DNA from: Opitutaceae bacterium
Lineage (GTDB): Bacteria > Verrucomicrobiota > Verrucomicrobiia > Opitutales > Coraliomargaritaceae
Length of the DNA stretch: 64,000 nt
Direction of reading: 5' to 3'
Assembly: GCA_051252375.1 (NCBI GenBank)
Contig: JBPOFY010000004.1
Location: 296,224-360,223 of the forward strand
How positions within the stretch are numbered: position 1 is the first letter of the stretch; each line of letters starts with the position of its first letter. Below are positions 11,298 through 25,559 of this stretch, piece by piece. The position numbers were made by a program, and so were the translations under genes. Under the pieces are notes generated by a model. The model worked only from the letters and a program-made list of their open reading frames with translations. It had not been told where the DNA came from and did no database searches.

Positions 11298-12575
11298 ATG
11301 AACACTTCCGAACAACTCTTCGAACGCGCCAAGCAACTGATTCCTGGTGGCGTAAATTCACCTGTGCGTGCTTTCCGCTCTGTTGGTGGCGCGCCCTTCT
11401 TTACTGAGCGCGCTGAAGGCGCACACCTCTATACTGCCGATGGCACAGATCTGATCGACTTTGTCTGCACTTGGGGCCCAGCGATCCACGGGCACAACGA
11501 TCCGGACGTGCGAGCCGCAATCGGCAAGGCACTCGAAAACGGCACCAGTTTCGGCACGCCCAATCCATACGAAGTCGAGATGGCAGAGCTCATCGTCGAG
11601 ATGGTGCCTTCGGTCGAAAAAGTGCGCATGTGCAACAGCGGCACTGAAGCCACGATGTCTTCGATTCGCTTGGCTCGTGGCTACACTGGTCGCGATAAAA
11701 TTATAAAGTTCGCAGGCTGCTTTCACGGTCATGTCGATTCATTGCTCGTTAAAGCAGGCTCCGGCGCACTGACCCTTGGCAACCCTGACAGCGCAGGTAT
11801 CCCCGCAAGTTTTGCCGCCGAAACAATCGTCGTGGATTACAACGACCCCGAAGGTGTGCGAGCCGCTTTTGAACAACACCCCGAACAAATCGCCGCGCTG
11901 ATCGTCGAGCCCTATCCCGCCAACTGCGGACTCATCCTACCCGACGAAGGTTTCCTTGAACTGCTACGCTCACTCTGCACCGAGCATGGCACGGTCTTAA
12001 TCTTCGACGAAGTGATGACTGGATTTCGCCTAGCAAAAGGTGGCGTGCAGGAACTCGTGGGCATCACACCCGACATAACCGCACTTGGCAAAATTATCGG
12101 CGGCGGTTTACCTGTCGGCGCATTTGGCGGTAAAGCTGAAATCATGGATTGTCTCGCGCCACTTGGCCCCGTCTATCAAGCAGGCACCCTAAGCGGCAAC
12201 CCACTCGCGATGGCCGCAGGCATTGCAGCACTCACGAAGCTAAAAACTGACAACCCGTATCCACTTTTCGATACAATGGGCAGCGCGATTCGCACCGCGC
12301 TTCTCGACGCAGCACAAAGCAAGGGTCTCCCCTTACAGGTGCCACAAGTCGGATCAATGTTTGCCGTTTTCTTCAGCGAAGAACCTGTGCGTAATTACGA
12401 CGACGCCATCGCCAGCACCACAGGGCACTTCAATAAACTCTTCCACTACGCACTAGAGCATGGGGTTTACCTACCGCCTTCCGCCTACGAGACCTGCTTC
12501 ATTTGCACCGCTCACAATGGCGCAGACATCGACCGCGCCGCTGAAATTCTAGCTGCAGGGATCGCATCGATTTAA
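11298..12575 (+). CDS. hemL: Glutamate-1-semialdehyde 2,1-aminomutase
   Basis: [46 protein letters not shown]. Confidence 0.97.
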   Translation: MNTSEQLFERAKQLIPGGVNSPVRAFRSVGGAPFFTERAEGAHLYTADGTDLIDFVCTWGPAIHGHNDPDVRAAIGKALENGTSFGTPNPYEVEMAELIVEMVPSVEKVRMCNSGTEATMSSIRLARGYTGRDKIIKFAGCFHGHVDSLLVKAGSGALTLGNPDSAGIPASFAAETIVVDYNDPEGVRAAFEQHPEQIAALIVEPYPANCGLILPDEGFLELLRSLCTEHGTVLIFDEVMTGFRLAKGGVQELVGITPDITALGKIIGGGLPVGAFGGKAEIMDCLAPLGPVYQAGTLSGNPLAMAAGIAALTKLKTDNPYPLFDTMGSAIRTALLDAAQSKGLPLQVPQVGSMFAVFFSEEPVRNYDDAIASTTGHFNKLFHYALEHGVYLPPSAYETCFICTAHNGADIDRAAEILAAGIASI

Positions 12576-12576
12576 A

Positions 12577-13332
12577 ATGTATGCTGGGGTTCAAAAGTTA
12601 ATCACGCGATTGTGCTACCTCTTCGTGATTCTCGGGATCGTTGCCTACCTACGCAAAGATCGCTTGCCCGACTACACCGCGATCGACCCTGCCCTGCGCG
12701 AACAACCGACACAGATCCAGTCTGCCGCGCCTGAGTTTCAAATTGAATATAAAGGCAAAAGCTATCGCGTCCGACCGAAAGCAAACTACACGCTAACGGG
12801 ATTAATTGTTTCGCAAAATAATCCGACCGGCATCGCCGACATTTACCACGACTCCAAGTCGCTCGACACAAAAGATTTTTGCGTGATCTGGGGACACAAC
12901 GTGCGCAGCAATGAATTCAAAGATGTGACCTACTGGAGTGGTGCGTGGACATGTTACTGCCAATGGGATGACCTAGGCCTACGCTTCTGGACTGAAGAGC
13001 TCTCCAATAATCATTTGATTACAGACAGTGATTTAATCCGCCGAAAAATCGCCCGCAGTGGCATCGGCGACCAAATCCAAATTAAAGGTCAATTAGTCGA
13101 CTATAAGGAAGTCGGCACTGGTGGCGGTTGGCGCAGTAGCAGCCTCGTGCGAACAGATACCGGCAACGGCGCTTGCGAAGTGATCTTTGTCAGAGAGCTC
13201 AGCATACTGCGCAGCACAAATGCGATATGGCGCAAATTTTTCCTAGTCAGCCTGATCATGCTAGCAACCGCCCTGATCTCAAAAGCACTTTTGTTTTTTG
13301 CAATTGGCAGCAAGCGCGCACTACCAAACTAG
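12577..13332 (+). CDS. Conserved-looking hypothetical membrane-anchored protein
   Basis: 251 aa with TM at both ends and motif-like segments DFCVIWG, SNNHLI, SSLVRTDTGNGACEVIFV; starts 1 nt after the hemL stop. Confidence 0.7.
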   Translation: MYAGVQKLITRLCYLFVILGIVAYLRKDRLPDYTAIDPALREQPTQIQSAAPEFQIEYKGKSYRVRPKANYTLTGLIVSQNNPTGIADIYHDSKSLDTKDFCVIWGHNVRSNEFKDVTYWSGAWTCYCQWDDLGLRFWTEELSNNHLITDSDLIRRKIARSGIGDQIQIKGQLVDYKEVGTGGGWRSSSLVRTDTGNGACEVIFVRELSILRSTNAIWRKFFLVSLIMLATALISKALLFFAIGSKRALPN

Positions 13333-13376
13333 AATGGCTTCAGCAAAGTAGTCTATTGGAATAGACTGACCGAGAT

Positions 13377-13457
13377 AGGTAGCGGCGCTTGTCCCTAAGC
13401 GCCATACGTCAGAGTCAGCCCGTATCGAGTGGCGCTTAGGGACAAGCGCCGCTACCT
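13377..13457. repeat. GTAG-type REP doublet (REPIN-like inverted repeat)
   Basis: Perfect 28-bp inverted repeat AGGTAGCGGCGCTTGTCCCTAAGCGCCA (13377-13404 / 13430-13457) with a 25-bp spacer; each arm is GTAG plus an internal palindrome GGCGCTT-N6-AAGCGCC. Confidence 0.85.
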
Positions 13458-13487
13458 CTGACATTCGCCAAAAAAACAAGCGCGCGC

Positions 13488-14120
13488 TTAATCAAACTTA
13501 CGCGCCGGATTCCCAAAAACTTTTTGACCGTCCGCAACGGAACGAATGACTACCGAACCGGCACCCACAAGCGCATTCGAACCGACTTTTTTACTCGGCA
13601 AAATACGTGCCCCACTCCCGAGCAAAGTCCTTGCACCGATGCTAACATTCCCAGTGACATCACAATGCCCACTGAGCGACGTGAAATCACCAATCACCAC
13701 ATCGTGCCCGATACTGCTGTGACAATTCACTGCCACAAAATCACCGAGTTCAATATCAGCCGTCAAGACTGCCTGAGGGCAGATAACAACACCGCGTCCA
13801 AGCTTCACATTGAAGCCGACCACGGCTGATGGGTGGATCAAAGTAATGAAATTTGCCGAACGTTCTAAAAGTTTTTCGCAGACTCGCTGCTTAATAACAG
13901 GTGCACCAATCGCACAAACAAAGAGTTCGTCCGCTTGCGGAACATGACCTTCAATCGTGCCAATGATACCAACCGGATATTTAAACCGATCCAAGACAGT
14001 GGTGTCGTCGTCTAAAAAGCCATGTATCTCCCATGCCTCGCCGCACTCTGGATGCTGCGCAGCCCAAGCATATACTTCCCTGCCGAAGCCGCCGGCGCCG
14101 ACGATGATTAATTTTTTCAT
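13488..14120 (-). CDS. NeuD/PglD-family sugar N/O-acyltransferase (left-handed beta helix)
   Basis: MKKLIIVGAGGFGRE Rossmann-like start, TLIHPSA, hexapeptide repeats, IGHD His, GNPARK; ATG at 14120 overlaps the SDR stop (ATGA). Confidence 0.9.
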   Translation of the reverse strand: MKKLIIVGAGGFGREVYAWAAQHPECGEAWEIHGFLDDDTTVLDRFKYPVGIIGTIEGHVPQADELFVCAIGAPVIKQRVCEKLLERSANFITLIHPSAVVGFNVKLGRGVVICPQAVLTADIELGDFVAVNCHSSIGHDVVIGDFTSLSGHCDVTGNVSIGARTLLGSGARILPSKKVGSNALVGAGSVVIRSVADGQKVFGNPARKFD

Positions 14121-14830
14121 ATCGAAAACCCTCCGTCCACAGGCAAGGTCACACCGGTGATCCAACGCGAAGCATCTGAAAGTAAAAAGCTGACTGCACC
14201 GACGACATCCTGCGGTCGACCCACCCCTAATGGATAAGCTTTCGCATGTGCCTCCAGCGCATCTGCTGAAGCATTTTCTGCGAAGCCGTCAGACATATCA
14301 CTTTCAACCATTCCGGGAGCGATACAGTTCACGCGAATTCCTTTCGGAGCTAACTCCACTGCAAGGCAACGCGCGGATGCTTCGAGCGCCGCTTTACTGC
14401 CAGAATAAGCCGCGTAACCCGCGGTGCCCTTGCTGGCTGAAACAGAAGAAAGAAAAACAATGGATGCGCCTTTATTGATCTTTTTCGCTTTCAATAAATC
14501 GCGAACCAACAGGAGCGGGATACATGCATTGACTTGAAAACATGCTTCCAAATCCGCCTCTTTTAAATAGCGAACCGGTGCAAGCGGCGCCACCCCAGCA
14601 GCGAAGACAACACCATCTAACTCAGGTGTGCTGGCGACGAGTGCTTGCCGCCCTTCTTCGGTTGATAAATCGGCAACAATTTTTTGCGACGCTCCATCGA
14701 TCGAAAGTGCATTCAGTTTTTCCGCACTACGCCCGGAGAGCGTCACTTCAAACCCATCTGCAGGCAGATGGCTGGCGATGGCACCGCCTATCGAACCGGT
14801 TGCGCCAATCACTAAAACAGAACCGCTCAT
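14117..14830 (-). CDS. SDR oxidoreductase (FabG-like ketoacyl-ACP reductase)
   Basis: GATGSIG, YSGSK (YxxxK), IRVNCIAPG, ITGVTLPVDGG. Confidence 0.92.
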   Translation of the reverse strand: MSGSVLVIGATGSIGGAIASHLPADGFEVTLSGRSAEKLNALSIDGASQKIVADLSTEEGRQALVASTPELDGVVFAAGVAPLAPVRYLKEADLEACFQVNACIPLLLVRDLLKAKKINKGASIVFLSSVSASKGTAGYAAYSGSKAALEASARCLAVELAPKGIRVNCIAPGMVESDMSDGFAENASADALEAHAKAYPLGVGRPQDVVGAVSFLLSDASRWITGVTLPVDGGFSI

Positions 14831-15063
14831 GAACTCACCTTGGTTTGAACCAGCGCGTAAAGCGCCTCTAAAGTTTCACAGCTCTTCAAATCGTCTGCTT
14901 TGAGGCGCACTCCGTAATCAGCATCCAGCATTGCGATGACCGTGAGCACGGCAAGCGAGTCCCACGGCTCTAGTTGGCGATAATTCGTTGCACCATTTAA
15001 AGTGCCGGCTTCGACGTCTTCAACCGCTTCTTCAAAGTCTTCAATAAATTGCGTTAAGCTCAT
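14827..15063 (-). CDS. Acyl carrier protein
   Basis: 78 aa, acidic, WDSLA phosphopantetheine site. Confidence 0.9.
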   Translation of the reverse strand: MSLTQFIEDFEEAVEDVEAGTLNGATNYRQLEPWDSLAVLTVIAMLDADYGVRLKADDLKSCETLEALYALVQTKVSS

Positions 15064-15121
15064 AGGGGTCAGTTTTGTAGTTAGACGATGGATACCTTAA
15101 ATTATGCAGGCGAACAAGTTT

Positions 15122-16201
15122 CTATTCACTCGCCGGAAAGTCGATGATTTCACAAACAGACAAATTCGCTAGATCTAAAAGAGCACTCGCCCAAGATAGC
15201 CCCACACCGAAGCCGGACAATAGCACCCGCTGCGAACCTGCTTGCAAGGCGTCGGGCAGCTCACCGCAAATCGCACATGGTATGGATGCGGAGCTTTGAT
15301 TGCCATAGCGCTCCACTGTCTGCATCGGCACTTTCGCTAGATCGATTTTCAAGCGTTTGGCGATATTCGTCAAAATATAGCGATTGGCTTGGTGAAATAC
15401 AAAATGATCCACTGCCTCAATCTCGATGCCCGCATACTCCAACAGCTCTTGCACTGCACGCGGTTCGACTTGAATCGAAAAATTAAAAATCTCCGCGCCG
15501 TCCATGTAGAGATTTTCTGGAGTGCGGCAATTGCCTCCCTCATCCTCCGTTTCGACTGCCGTCTCCGGAGAGCACGGCGTGCGTTGACCGCCCGCTGGAA
15601 CAATTAATTTATCAAATCCGGTGCCATCTGTTTCGAGACTGAACCATGCAGGTGACTCCGCTGCGCTGCGTTCAACCAAAGTGGCACTGCCACCATCACC
15701 GAAAATCGGCGCGACGGCGCGGTCTTTTGGATGCGCCAAACGACTGATCGTATCACCGGCAAGCACCACAACACGCTCACAACCACCAGCCGAAACCATC
15801 ATATGTGCCAACCAGAGGCCATAAACATAGCCGGAGCAACCGAGGTTGACGTCAAATGCCGCACAATCCTTACGCAGCCCCAACTGCCCATGGAGCACGG
15901 CCGCGTTGCATGGTTGCGAATAATCAGGCGTCTGGGTCACACAGATCAAAGCATCGACTTGATCAATACCGACAGCGGACTGTTGAAATAAATGCTGCGC
16001 GGCCACGCGGCAAAGGTCTGCGGCGGTCGTGCCTGGATCCGCCACCCGACGACGGTCTAAACCGATCGTCTTTTTCAAACGCGCAATTTGCTTCTCGTTA
16101 CCGCCAAAGAGCGCCACCTCGTCGTCGATACATTTCTCGGTCGAGGGCACGCAGGTGACAAGACCACTGATTTTTACCTGATTAAAACTGCACTTGGGCA
16201 T
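15122..16201 (-). CDS. Ketoacyl-ACP synthase III (FabH family)
   Basis: Catalytic triad motifs [25 protein letters not shown]. Confidence 0.92.
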   Translation of the reverse strand: MPKCSFNQVKISGLVTCVPSTEKCIDDEVALFGGNEKQIARLKKTIGLDRRRVADPGTTAADLCRVAAQHLFQQSAVGIDQVDALICVTQTPDYSQPCNAAVLHGQLGLRKDCAAFDVNLGCSGYVYGLWLAHMMVSAGGCERVVVLAGDTISRLAHPKDRAVAPIFGDGGSATLVERSAAESPAWFSLETDGTGFDKLIVPAGGQRTPCSPETAVETEDEGGNCRTPENLYMDGAEIFNFSIQVEPRAVQELLEYAGIEIEAVDHFVFHQANRYILTNIAKRLKIDLAKVPMQTVERYGNQSSASIPCAICGELPDALQAGSQRVLLSGFGVGLSWASALLDLANLSVCEIIDFPASE

Positions 16202-16397
16202 TCGGAGAGGATGGGTGGCGTATCGACCAAGTGAAAGCTCATTTTTCAGCCGATTCGAAGTGCATCAAGAATGCAACAAAGACATTGCACCTTCAGAAAA
16301 GCTTCCCTTAGATGTGACCAATTATTTACTTCTTCTTAACGGAGGTTAGTAAATAAAACTCACGCTTCACTTACTAACCCTTAAGAAAGGACACAAT

Positions 16398-16853
16398 TTG
16401 GACCTAAAAGTAATTAAACAGGTAGTCGATCTGATGAAACGCTCGGAGCTCTCTGAGTTCGAAATCGAAGAAGAAGGCTTCAAGCTACGCCTCAGCCGTA
16501 AAAACGGCGAAGCGCCACAAGTTATTCATGCAGCACCCGTTGCCGCAGCGCCAGCCGCAGCAGCTCCTGCCGCCGCCCCTGCTGCTGCAGCAGCTCCAGT
16601 GGACGAAACAGGTATCGAGGTCGTCAAATCCCCGATGGTCGGCACTTTCTACAGTGCAGGATCACCTGAGAGCCCTGCATTCGCCAAAATCGGCGACAAG
16701 ATAGGCGCGGACAGCATCGTTTGTATCATCGAAGCAATGAAGGTGATGAACGAGATCCAAGCTGAGATCAGCGGCACCATCACTGAAGTGCTCATCGAGA
16801 ATGGTGAAGCGGTCGAATACGGCCAGCCACTTTTCAAAGTTAAAACTGCATAG
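16398..16853 (+). CDS. accB: Acetyl-CoA carboxylase biotin carboxyl carrier protein
   Basis: Ala/Pro linker, [17 protein letters not shown] biotinylation site; TTG start. Confidence 0.96.
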   Translation: MDLKVIKQVVDLMKRSELSEFEIEEEGFKLRLSRKNGEAPQVIHAAPVAAAPAAAAPAAAPAAAAAPVDETGIEVVKSPMVGTFYSAGSPESPAFAKIGDKIGADSIVCIIEAMKVMNEIQAEISGTITEVLIENGEAVEYGQPLFKVKTA

Positions 16854-16860
16854 TTTTTGA

Positions 16861-18225
16861 ATGATTAAAAAAGTTCTTATCGCCAATCGGGGCGAAATCG
16901 CGCTCCGAATCGTCCGCGCTTGTAACGAGCTTGGGATCAAAACGCTCGCCGTTTACTCCGAGGCCGACGAGCAGTCCCTACACGTTCAACTCGCAGACGA
17001 AGCGATTTGCATTGGGCCACCTGCAAGTAACTTGAGTTATTTAAAGTCCGACCGCATCATCGCTGCCGCTGAAATAGCGAATGTCGATGCGATCCACCCG
17101 GGCTACGGTTTCCTTGCGGAGAACGCAGACTTCGCCGAACAGTGCGCGAAGTGCAACATCAAGTTTATCGGTCCCGGTCCTGAAGCGATCATCAACTTCG
17201 GCGATAAAGCGAAAGCGCGCGATATGGCGGTCAAAGCCAAGGTGCCTGTTATACCTGGCAGTGATGGCACAGTCGACAGCGAGAAGGAAGCCCTCGCGGT
17301 GGCTAAAAAGATCGGATATCCTGTCATTATCAAGGCCGTCGCCGGTGGTGGCGGTAAGGGAATGCGCACAGCCCACAACGCAGTCACATTCGTCAAAGAG
17401 TATAACAACGCTCGCAATGAAGCCGAAAAGGCTTTCGGCAACGGCGCAGTATACCTCGAACGCTTCTTGGACGCTCCTCGACATATTGAAATTCAGCTCT
17501 TAGGCGACCAATTCGGCAATGTCATCCACCTCGGTGAGCGCGATTGCTCGATCCAGCGTCGCCACCAGAAGGTCATTGAAGAAGCCCCCTCCCCATTCAT
17601 TTCAGACGACATTCGTAAGAAAATGGGCCGCGATGCAGTGAAACTCGCGAAATCCGTCAATTACGAAGGCGCCGGCACGGTCGAGTTCCTCGTAGATGGT
17701 AAAGGTGAGTATTTCTTTATCGAGATGAATACCCGTATCCAAGTGGAGCACGGCGTCACTGAAGAAGTGACAGGTGTTGATTTAGTGAAGGAACAACTCC
17801 TCATCGCCAGCGGTCAGAAGTTGAGCTATGAGCAAAAGGACATCAAAATCACCAAACACTGCATCGAATGCCGCGTTTGCGCCGAGGATCCAGGTCGCAA
17901 TTTTGCCCCCTGCCCCGGTGAAATCACACTTTACTATGCTCCTGGTGGCCACGGAGTGCGTATCGACTCGCACTGCTACGGTGGCTACACCATCCCACCT
18001 TACTACGATAGCATGATCGCAAAGGTCATGACATTCGGCAAAACGCGCGAACTCGCTCTAGACCGCATGGATCGTGCACTCGGCGAATACATCATCCGAG
18101 GGATCAAAACAAATATTCCGTTCTCACGGGCAATCATCCGCGACCCAATTTTCCGCGAAGGTAAAGCCACAACGAAATACATCGAAGAGTTTATCGAACG
18201 CGTCCCTAAAGACCTATACACTTAA
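16861..18225 (+). CDS. accC: Acetyl-CoA carboxylase biotin carboxylase subunit
   Basis: [54 protein letters not shown]. Confidence 0.97.
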   Translation: MIKKVLIANRGEIALRIVRACNELGIKTLAVYSEADEQSLHVQLADEAICIGPPASNLSYLKSDRIIAAAEIANVDAIHPGYGFLAENADFAEQCAKCNIKFIGPGPEAIINFGDKAKARDMAVKAKVPVIPGSDGTVDSEKEALAVAKKIGYPVIIKAVAGGGGKGMRTAHNAVTFVKEYNNARNEAEKAFGNGAVYLERFLDAPRHIEIQLLGDQFGNVIHLGERDCSIQRRHQKVIEEAPSPFISDDIRKKMGRDAVKLAKSVNYEGAGTVEFLVDGKGEYFFIEMNTRIQVEHGVTEEVTGVDLVKEQLLIASGQKLSYEQKDIKITKHCIECRVCAEDPGRNFAPCPGEITLYYAPGGHGVRIDSHCYGGYTIPPYYDSMIAKVMTFGKTRELALDRMDRALGEYIIRGIKTNIPFSRAIIRDPIFREGKATTKYIEEFIERVPKDLYT

Positions 18226-18253
18226 AAAGCATTCAACCCGTATCCAACAGACC

Positions 18254-18694
18254 ATGAGTAATTCATCTGAAAACAACGAGTCCACGATCCCTACAGTATC
18301 TGAGGATTCCAACACACTTGGCGAAATCCGCATCAACCATAGCGTTGTCGCAAATATCGTGCGCCTCGCCGCACTCGAAGTCACTGGTGTCGTCGCTGTC
18401 GGCGGCGGCTTCGTTGACGGTATCGCAGACATCTTCAAATCGAAAAAGGGCGACGAACGTGGCGTCCGCGTCGATGAAGACGAAGTCGGTGATTACCAAA
18501 TCGAAATCCGTGTAATTCTACGCTTTGGCGTCGAACTGGCCGCAGTCGCCACAGACATTCAGCAACGTATCTCCGAACAGGTTGAAAAAATGACCAGCAA
18601 GAATGTCGCTCGCGTCAATGTTGTGATCGACGGTGTCCGCTCAGAAGAAGAGCAAGCTAAAGAAGATTGGGATCACCAACCACACACCGACTAG
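18254..18694 (+). CDS. Asp23/Gls24 family protein (YqhY-like)
   Basis: [25 protein letters not shown]...GVRV...[24 protein letters not shown]...VNVVIDGV follows the Asp23 family pattern; ATG at 18254. Confidence 0.88.
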   Translation: MSNSSENNESTIPTVSEDSNTLGEIRINHSVVANIVRLAALEVTGVVAVGGGFVDGIADIFKSKKGDERGVRVDEDEVGDYQIEIRVILRFGVELAAVATDIQQRISEQVEKMTSKNVARVNVVIDGVRSEEEQAKEDWDHQPHTD

Positions 18695-18723
18695 TCGGCT
18701 CCTTCTTTACACACTAAAACACT

Positions 18724-19254
18724 ATGGACTTCGCCGAAATCACTGAGGCACTACAGCACCTCACACAGCCCGCCTATCTATATATTGGCGGCGGCGTAGT
18801 CGTATGCGCATTTCTGCTGATACTTCTGGTGCGACGCCAGCCCAAGAAAGTCGTCGCTTACGTGACGGAGAATGGGCGTGTTATGGTCAGTCGCTCGGCC
18901 ATCATCGAGCTGGTGCAAACTTCTTGCCAGCAACTCAATGATGTCTCCAAGCCACATGTCAGCATACAGGTAAAAGGTAAAGTCACTCACCTGGACGTCT
19001 CCATCAAACTCCTCAGCGGAGGGCGTTTGCGCTCAGTCGAGGAAACCTTGCAGACTCACTTACGCCACGCGCTGACTGAAAACCTTGGTATCGAAAACCT
19101 CGGACGTATCAACATCGTCGCCACCGGCTTCAAAAGTGGTCGCATCGAACAATCCAGCACTGTCAACCGCCCAGCCGACCCGACACAGGATTCTTTTGAC
19201 GACGACGACGATTTCGAAACATCCGAAGATTCGGCAGAAAGCAAATCACTCTAA
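18724..19254 (+). CDS. AmaP-like membrane anchor (N-terminal TM plus Asp23-like domain)
   Basis: Single TM, then TENGRVMVSRSAIIELV...LTENLGIE...INIVATG, resembling AmaP; directly after the asp23-like gene. Confidence 0.6.
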   Translation: MDFAEITEALQHLTQPAYLYIGGGVVVCAFLLILLVRRQPKKVVAYVTENGRVMVSRSAIIELVQTSCQQLNDVSKPHVSIQVKGKVTHLDVSIKLLSGGRLRSVEETLQTHLRHALTENLGIENLGRINIVATGFKSGRIEQSSTVNRPADPTQDSFDDDDDFETSEDSAESKSL

Positions 19255-19304
19255 CGAGCAAAGAACGTTTTCAATTATCACGACCCCACCGCTGACGAAA
19301 CGGT

Positions 19305-19790
19305 GTGTCCAATACAATGGAACAAGCATTCTCCATTTTACGACGGCTATCTCAGGTAGCCGTTTTTATTTTCTCAGCCTTCTTGCTCACGACCTCAGCT
19401 TGCAGCCGGTTCGAAATATCGGAAGAAGGTTTAGACACATTCGCAGCCGAGTTCCGCCAAGCGAATCAAGCCAGCACTGTAGATCCCCTCCTCGCGCTCT
19501 ATGAACTCGAAGGCTGTGACGATCGCACGCTATCCATGCTCAAAGCGGCTTTGCTCTACGAGCTCGGCCTCCCAATTAAGCGCATCACCTTCGAACCGCT
19601 GTCAGGGGCACCTGAGGAAGCGATTGATTACGAGCATGATGGAGTTCGCTATGGCCCCAGTCTCACACCCAGTCAGCGGATGCGTGTCGAGTATGCAGTG
19701 GAAGATCAGTTCACCAGCCTGTTTAGCATAGGGCAAACGAACGACGGCACCTGGCGCATAGTCAGCGCACGCCCGGTCTCCAAGCAGTAG
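19305..19790 (+). CDS. Hypothetical protein, possible lipoprotein
   Basis: Hydrophobic segment ending in TSAC (lipobox-like); start uncertain (GTG 19305 or ATG 19317). Confidence 0.6.
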   Translation: MSNTMEQAFSILRRLSQVAVFIFSAFLLTTSACSRFEISEEGLDTFAAEFRQANQASTVDPLLALYELEGCDDRTLSMLKAALLYELGLPIKRITFEPLSGAPEEAIDYEHDGVRYGPSLTPSQRMRVEYAVEDQFTSLFSIGQTNDGTWRIVSARPVSKQ

Positions 19791-19873
19791 ATATTACGCT
19801 TTAATCGCCGCAAAAGCACCCCTTTGCCACTCGCTGAGTTGACATCGCCTCAAAATCCCAACAAGTAGCGGGT

Positions 19874-20209
19874 ATGAAGATTATTGCATATCTAAAACCT
19901 ACCTGCGGATGGAGCATGGGCGTTCGCGCTATCATGAAGAAATACGGCCTCGAATACGAAGACCGTGATATCATTAATAATCCCGATCAATATGCGGAAA
20001 TGGTCGAGAAATCGGGCCAACCACTCTCCCCATGTGTCGAAATCGACGGCACTATGCTGGCCGATGTCAGCGGCGAAGAAGTGGAGAACTACATGCTCAG
20101 CAACGAGTTAGTCTCCTCGACTGCTAAAGAAGCCGATGCGCCGACTAATGCACCTTGCACAGACGAAGAGCACGAAGCCATGCGCTCGAAGACAGTGCGC
20201 TTCTTCTAG
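19874..20209 (+). CDS. Monothiol glutaredoxin-like protein
   Basis: PTCGWS active-site-like motif; SGQPLSPCVEIDG cis-Pro region. Confidence 0.8.
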   Translation: MKIIAYLKPTCGWSMGVRAIMKKYGLEYEDRDIINNPDQYAEMVEKSGQPLSPCVEIDGTMLADVSGEEVENYMLSNELVSSTAKEADAPTNAPCTDEEHEAMRSKTVRFF

Positions 20210-20241
20210 GAAAGCCTGACAGCGCGTCATGCGTTTACATC

Positions 20242-20267
20242 AAAACCGGGCATGTCCCGGTTTTTTT
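20242..20267 (+). terminator. Intrinsic terminator after the glutaredoxin gene
   Basis: AAAACCGGG-CATGT-CCCGGTTTTTTT. Confidence 0.8.
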
Positions 20268-20462
20268 GGCCTCAAGTCTGCTACAAAAAAGAGGCGCAAG
20301 TTGAAACACTTGCGCGTATAAGGGTTATTTTCTCTAGACAGTGCCCCAGCAATTATTACTTTCCACCTTCCTTTTTATATCTGCGATCCATCAACTTAGC
20401 GCTTCGAGCGCCTGTAATCGCGATAAATAAGCCACTTTTAACCGAATCATTTAATACAAGAT

Positions 20463-25109
<4,647 letters not shown>

Positions 25110-25111
25110 AA

Positions 25112-25146
25112 AGGAGTTAGGATTTAGAAGCTAGAAGTCAGAAGCA
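25112..25146 (+). repeat. Heptamer tandem array A (5 x AGRAGYT-like)
   Basis: AGGAGTT AGGATTT AGAAGCT AGAAGTC AGAAGCA fills the spacer between the gltB stop and ATG 25147. Confidence 0.85.
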
Positions 25147-25518
25147 ATGGAAACAAACCCGACGACATCTAGCTTCGAACAACTCCTTGTTTGGCAAAAA
25201 GCACATCAATTCGTATTAGACACTTATCAAATGACACAACAATTCCCAGATTGCGAAAAGTTCGGACTGACATCTCAGTTCCGACGTGCCGCAGTGTCCA
25301 TCCCGGCCAATATTGCCGAAGGATATGGGAAACGTTCGTCTGCAGATAAAGCACGCTTCTTTAACATAGCGCAGGGTTCATTAAATGAATGCCGCTATTA
25401 CCTCCGACTCGCAGCCGACCTCGGTTACGCAAAAACAGAAACACACTTCAAACAAATCGACGAAATTGGACGTATGTTAAACAGCTACTCGCAAAAGGTC
25501 TTGGCCTCATCCTGCTAG
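25147..25518 (+). CDS. Four helix bundle protein (23S rRNA intervening-sequence protein / Avd-like family)
   Basis: [11 protein letters not shown]...[27 protein letters not shown]...[14 protein letters not shown]...LAADLGY is the family signature. Confidence 0.93.
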   Translation: METNPTTSSFEQLLVWQKAHQFVLDTYQMTQQFPDCEKFGLTSQFRRAAVSIPANIAEGYGKRSSADKARFFNIAQGSLNECRYYLRLAADLGYAKTETHFKQIDEIGRMLNSYSQKVLASSC

Positions 25519-25551
25519 CTTCTAACTACTGTCTCCTAACTTCTAACTTCT
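25510..25551 (-). repeat. Heptamer tandem array B (6 units, inverted relative to arrays A and C)
   Basis: TCCTGCT AGCTTCT AACTACT GTCTCCT AACTTCT AACTTCT; the minus strand reads AGAAGTT AGAAGTT AGGAGAC AGTAGTT AGAAGCT AGCAGGA. Confidence 0.85.
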
Positions 25552-25559
25552 TTTTTATT

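Noticed and set aside
13377..13457. CRISPR repeat interpretation of the 28-bp repeat
   Set aside because: There are only two copies, in inverted orientation, and no cas genes.
25147..25518. Diversity-generating retroelement, suggested by the Avd-like fold
   Set aside because: No reverse transcriptase and no template/variable repeat pair was seen in the window.
25389..25559. 57-aa N-terminal extension of GltD in the ORF track
   Set aside because: It overlaps the four-helix-bundle gene and repeat array B. The canonical MGKPTGF start is at 25560.
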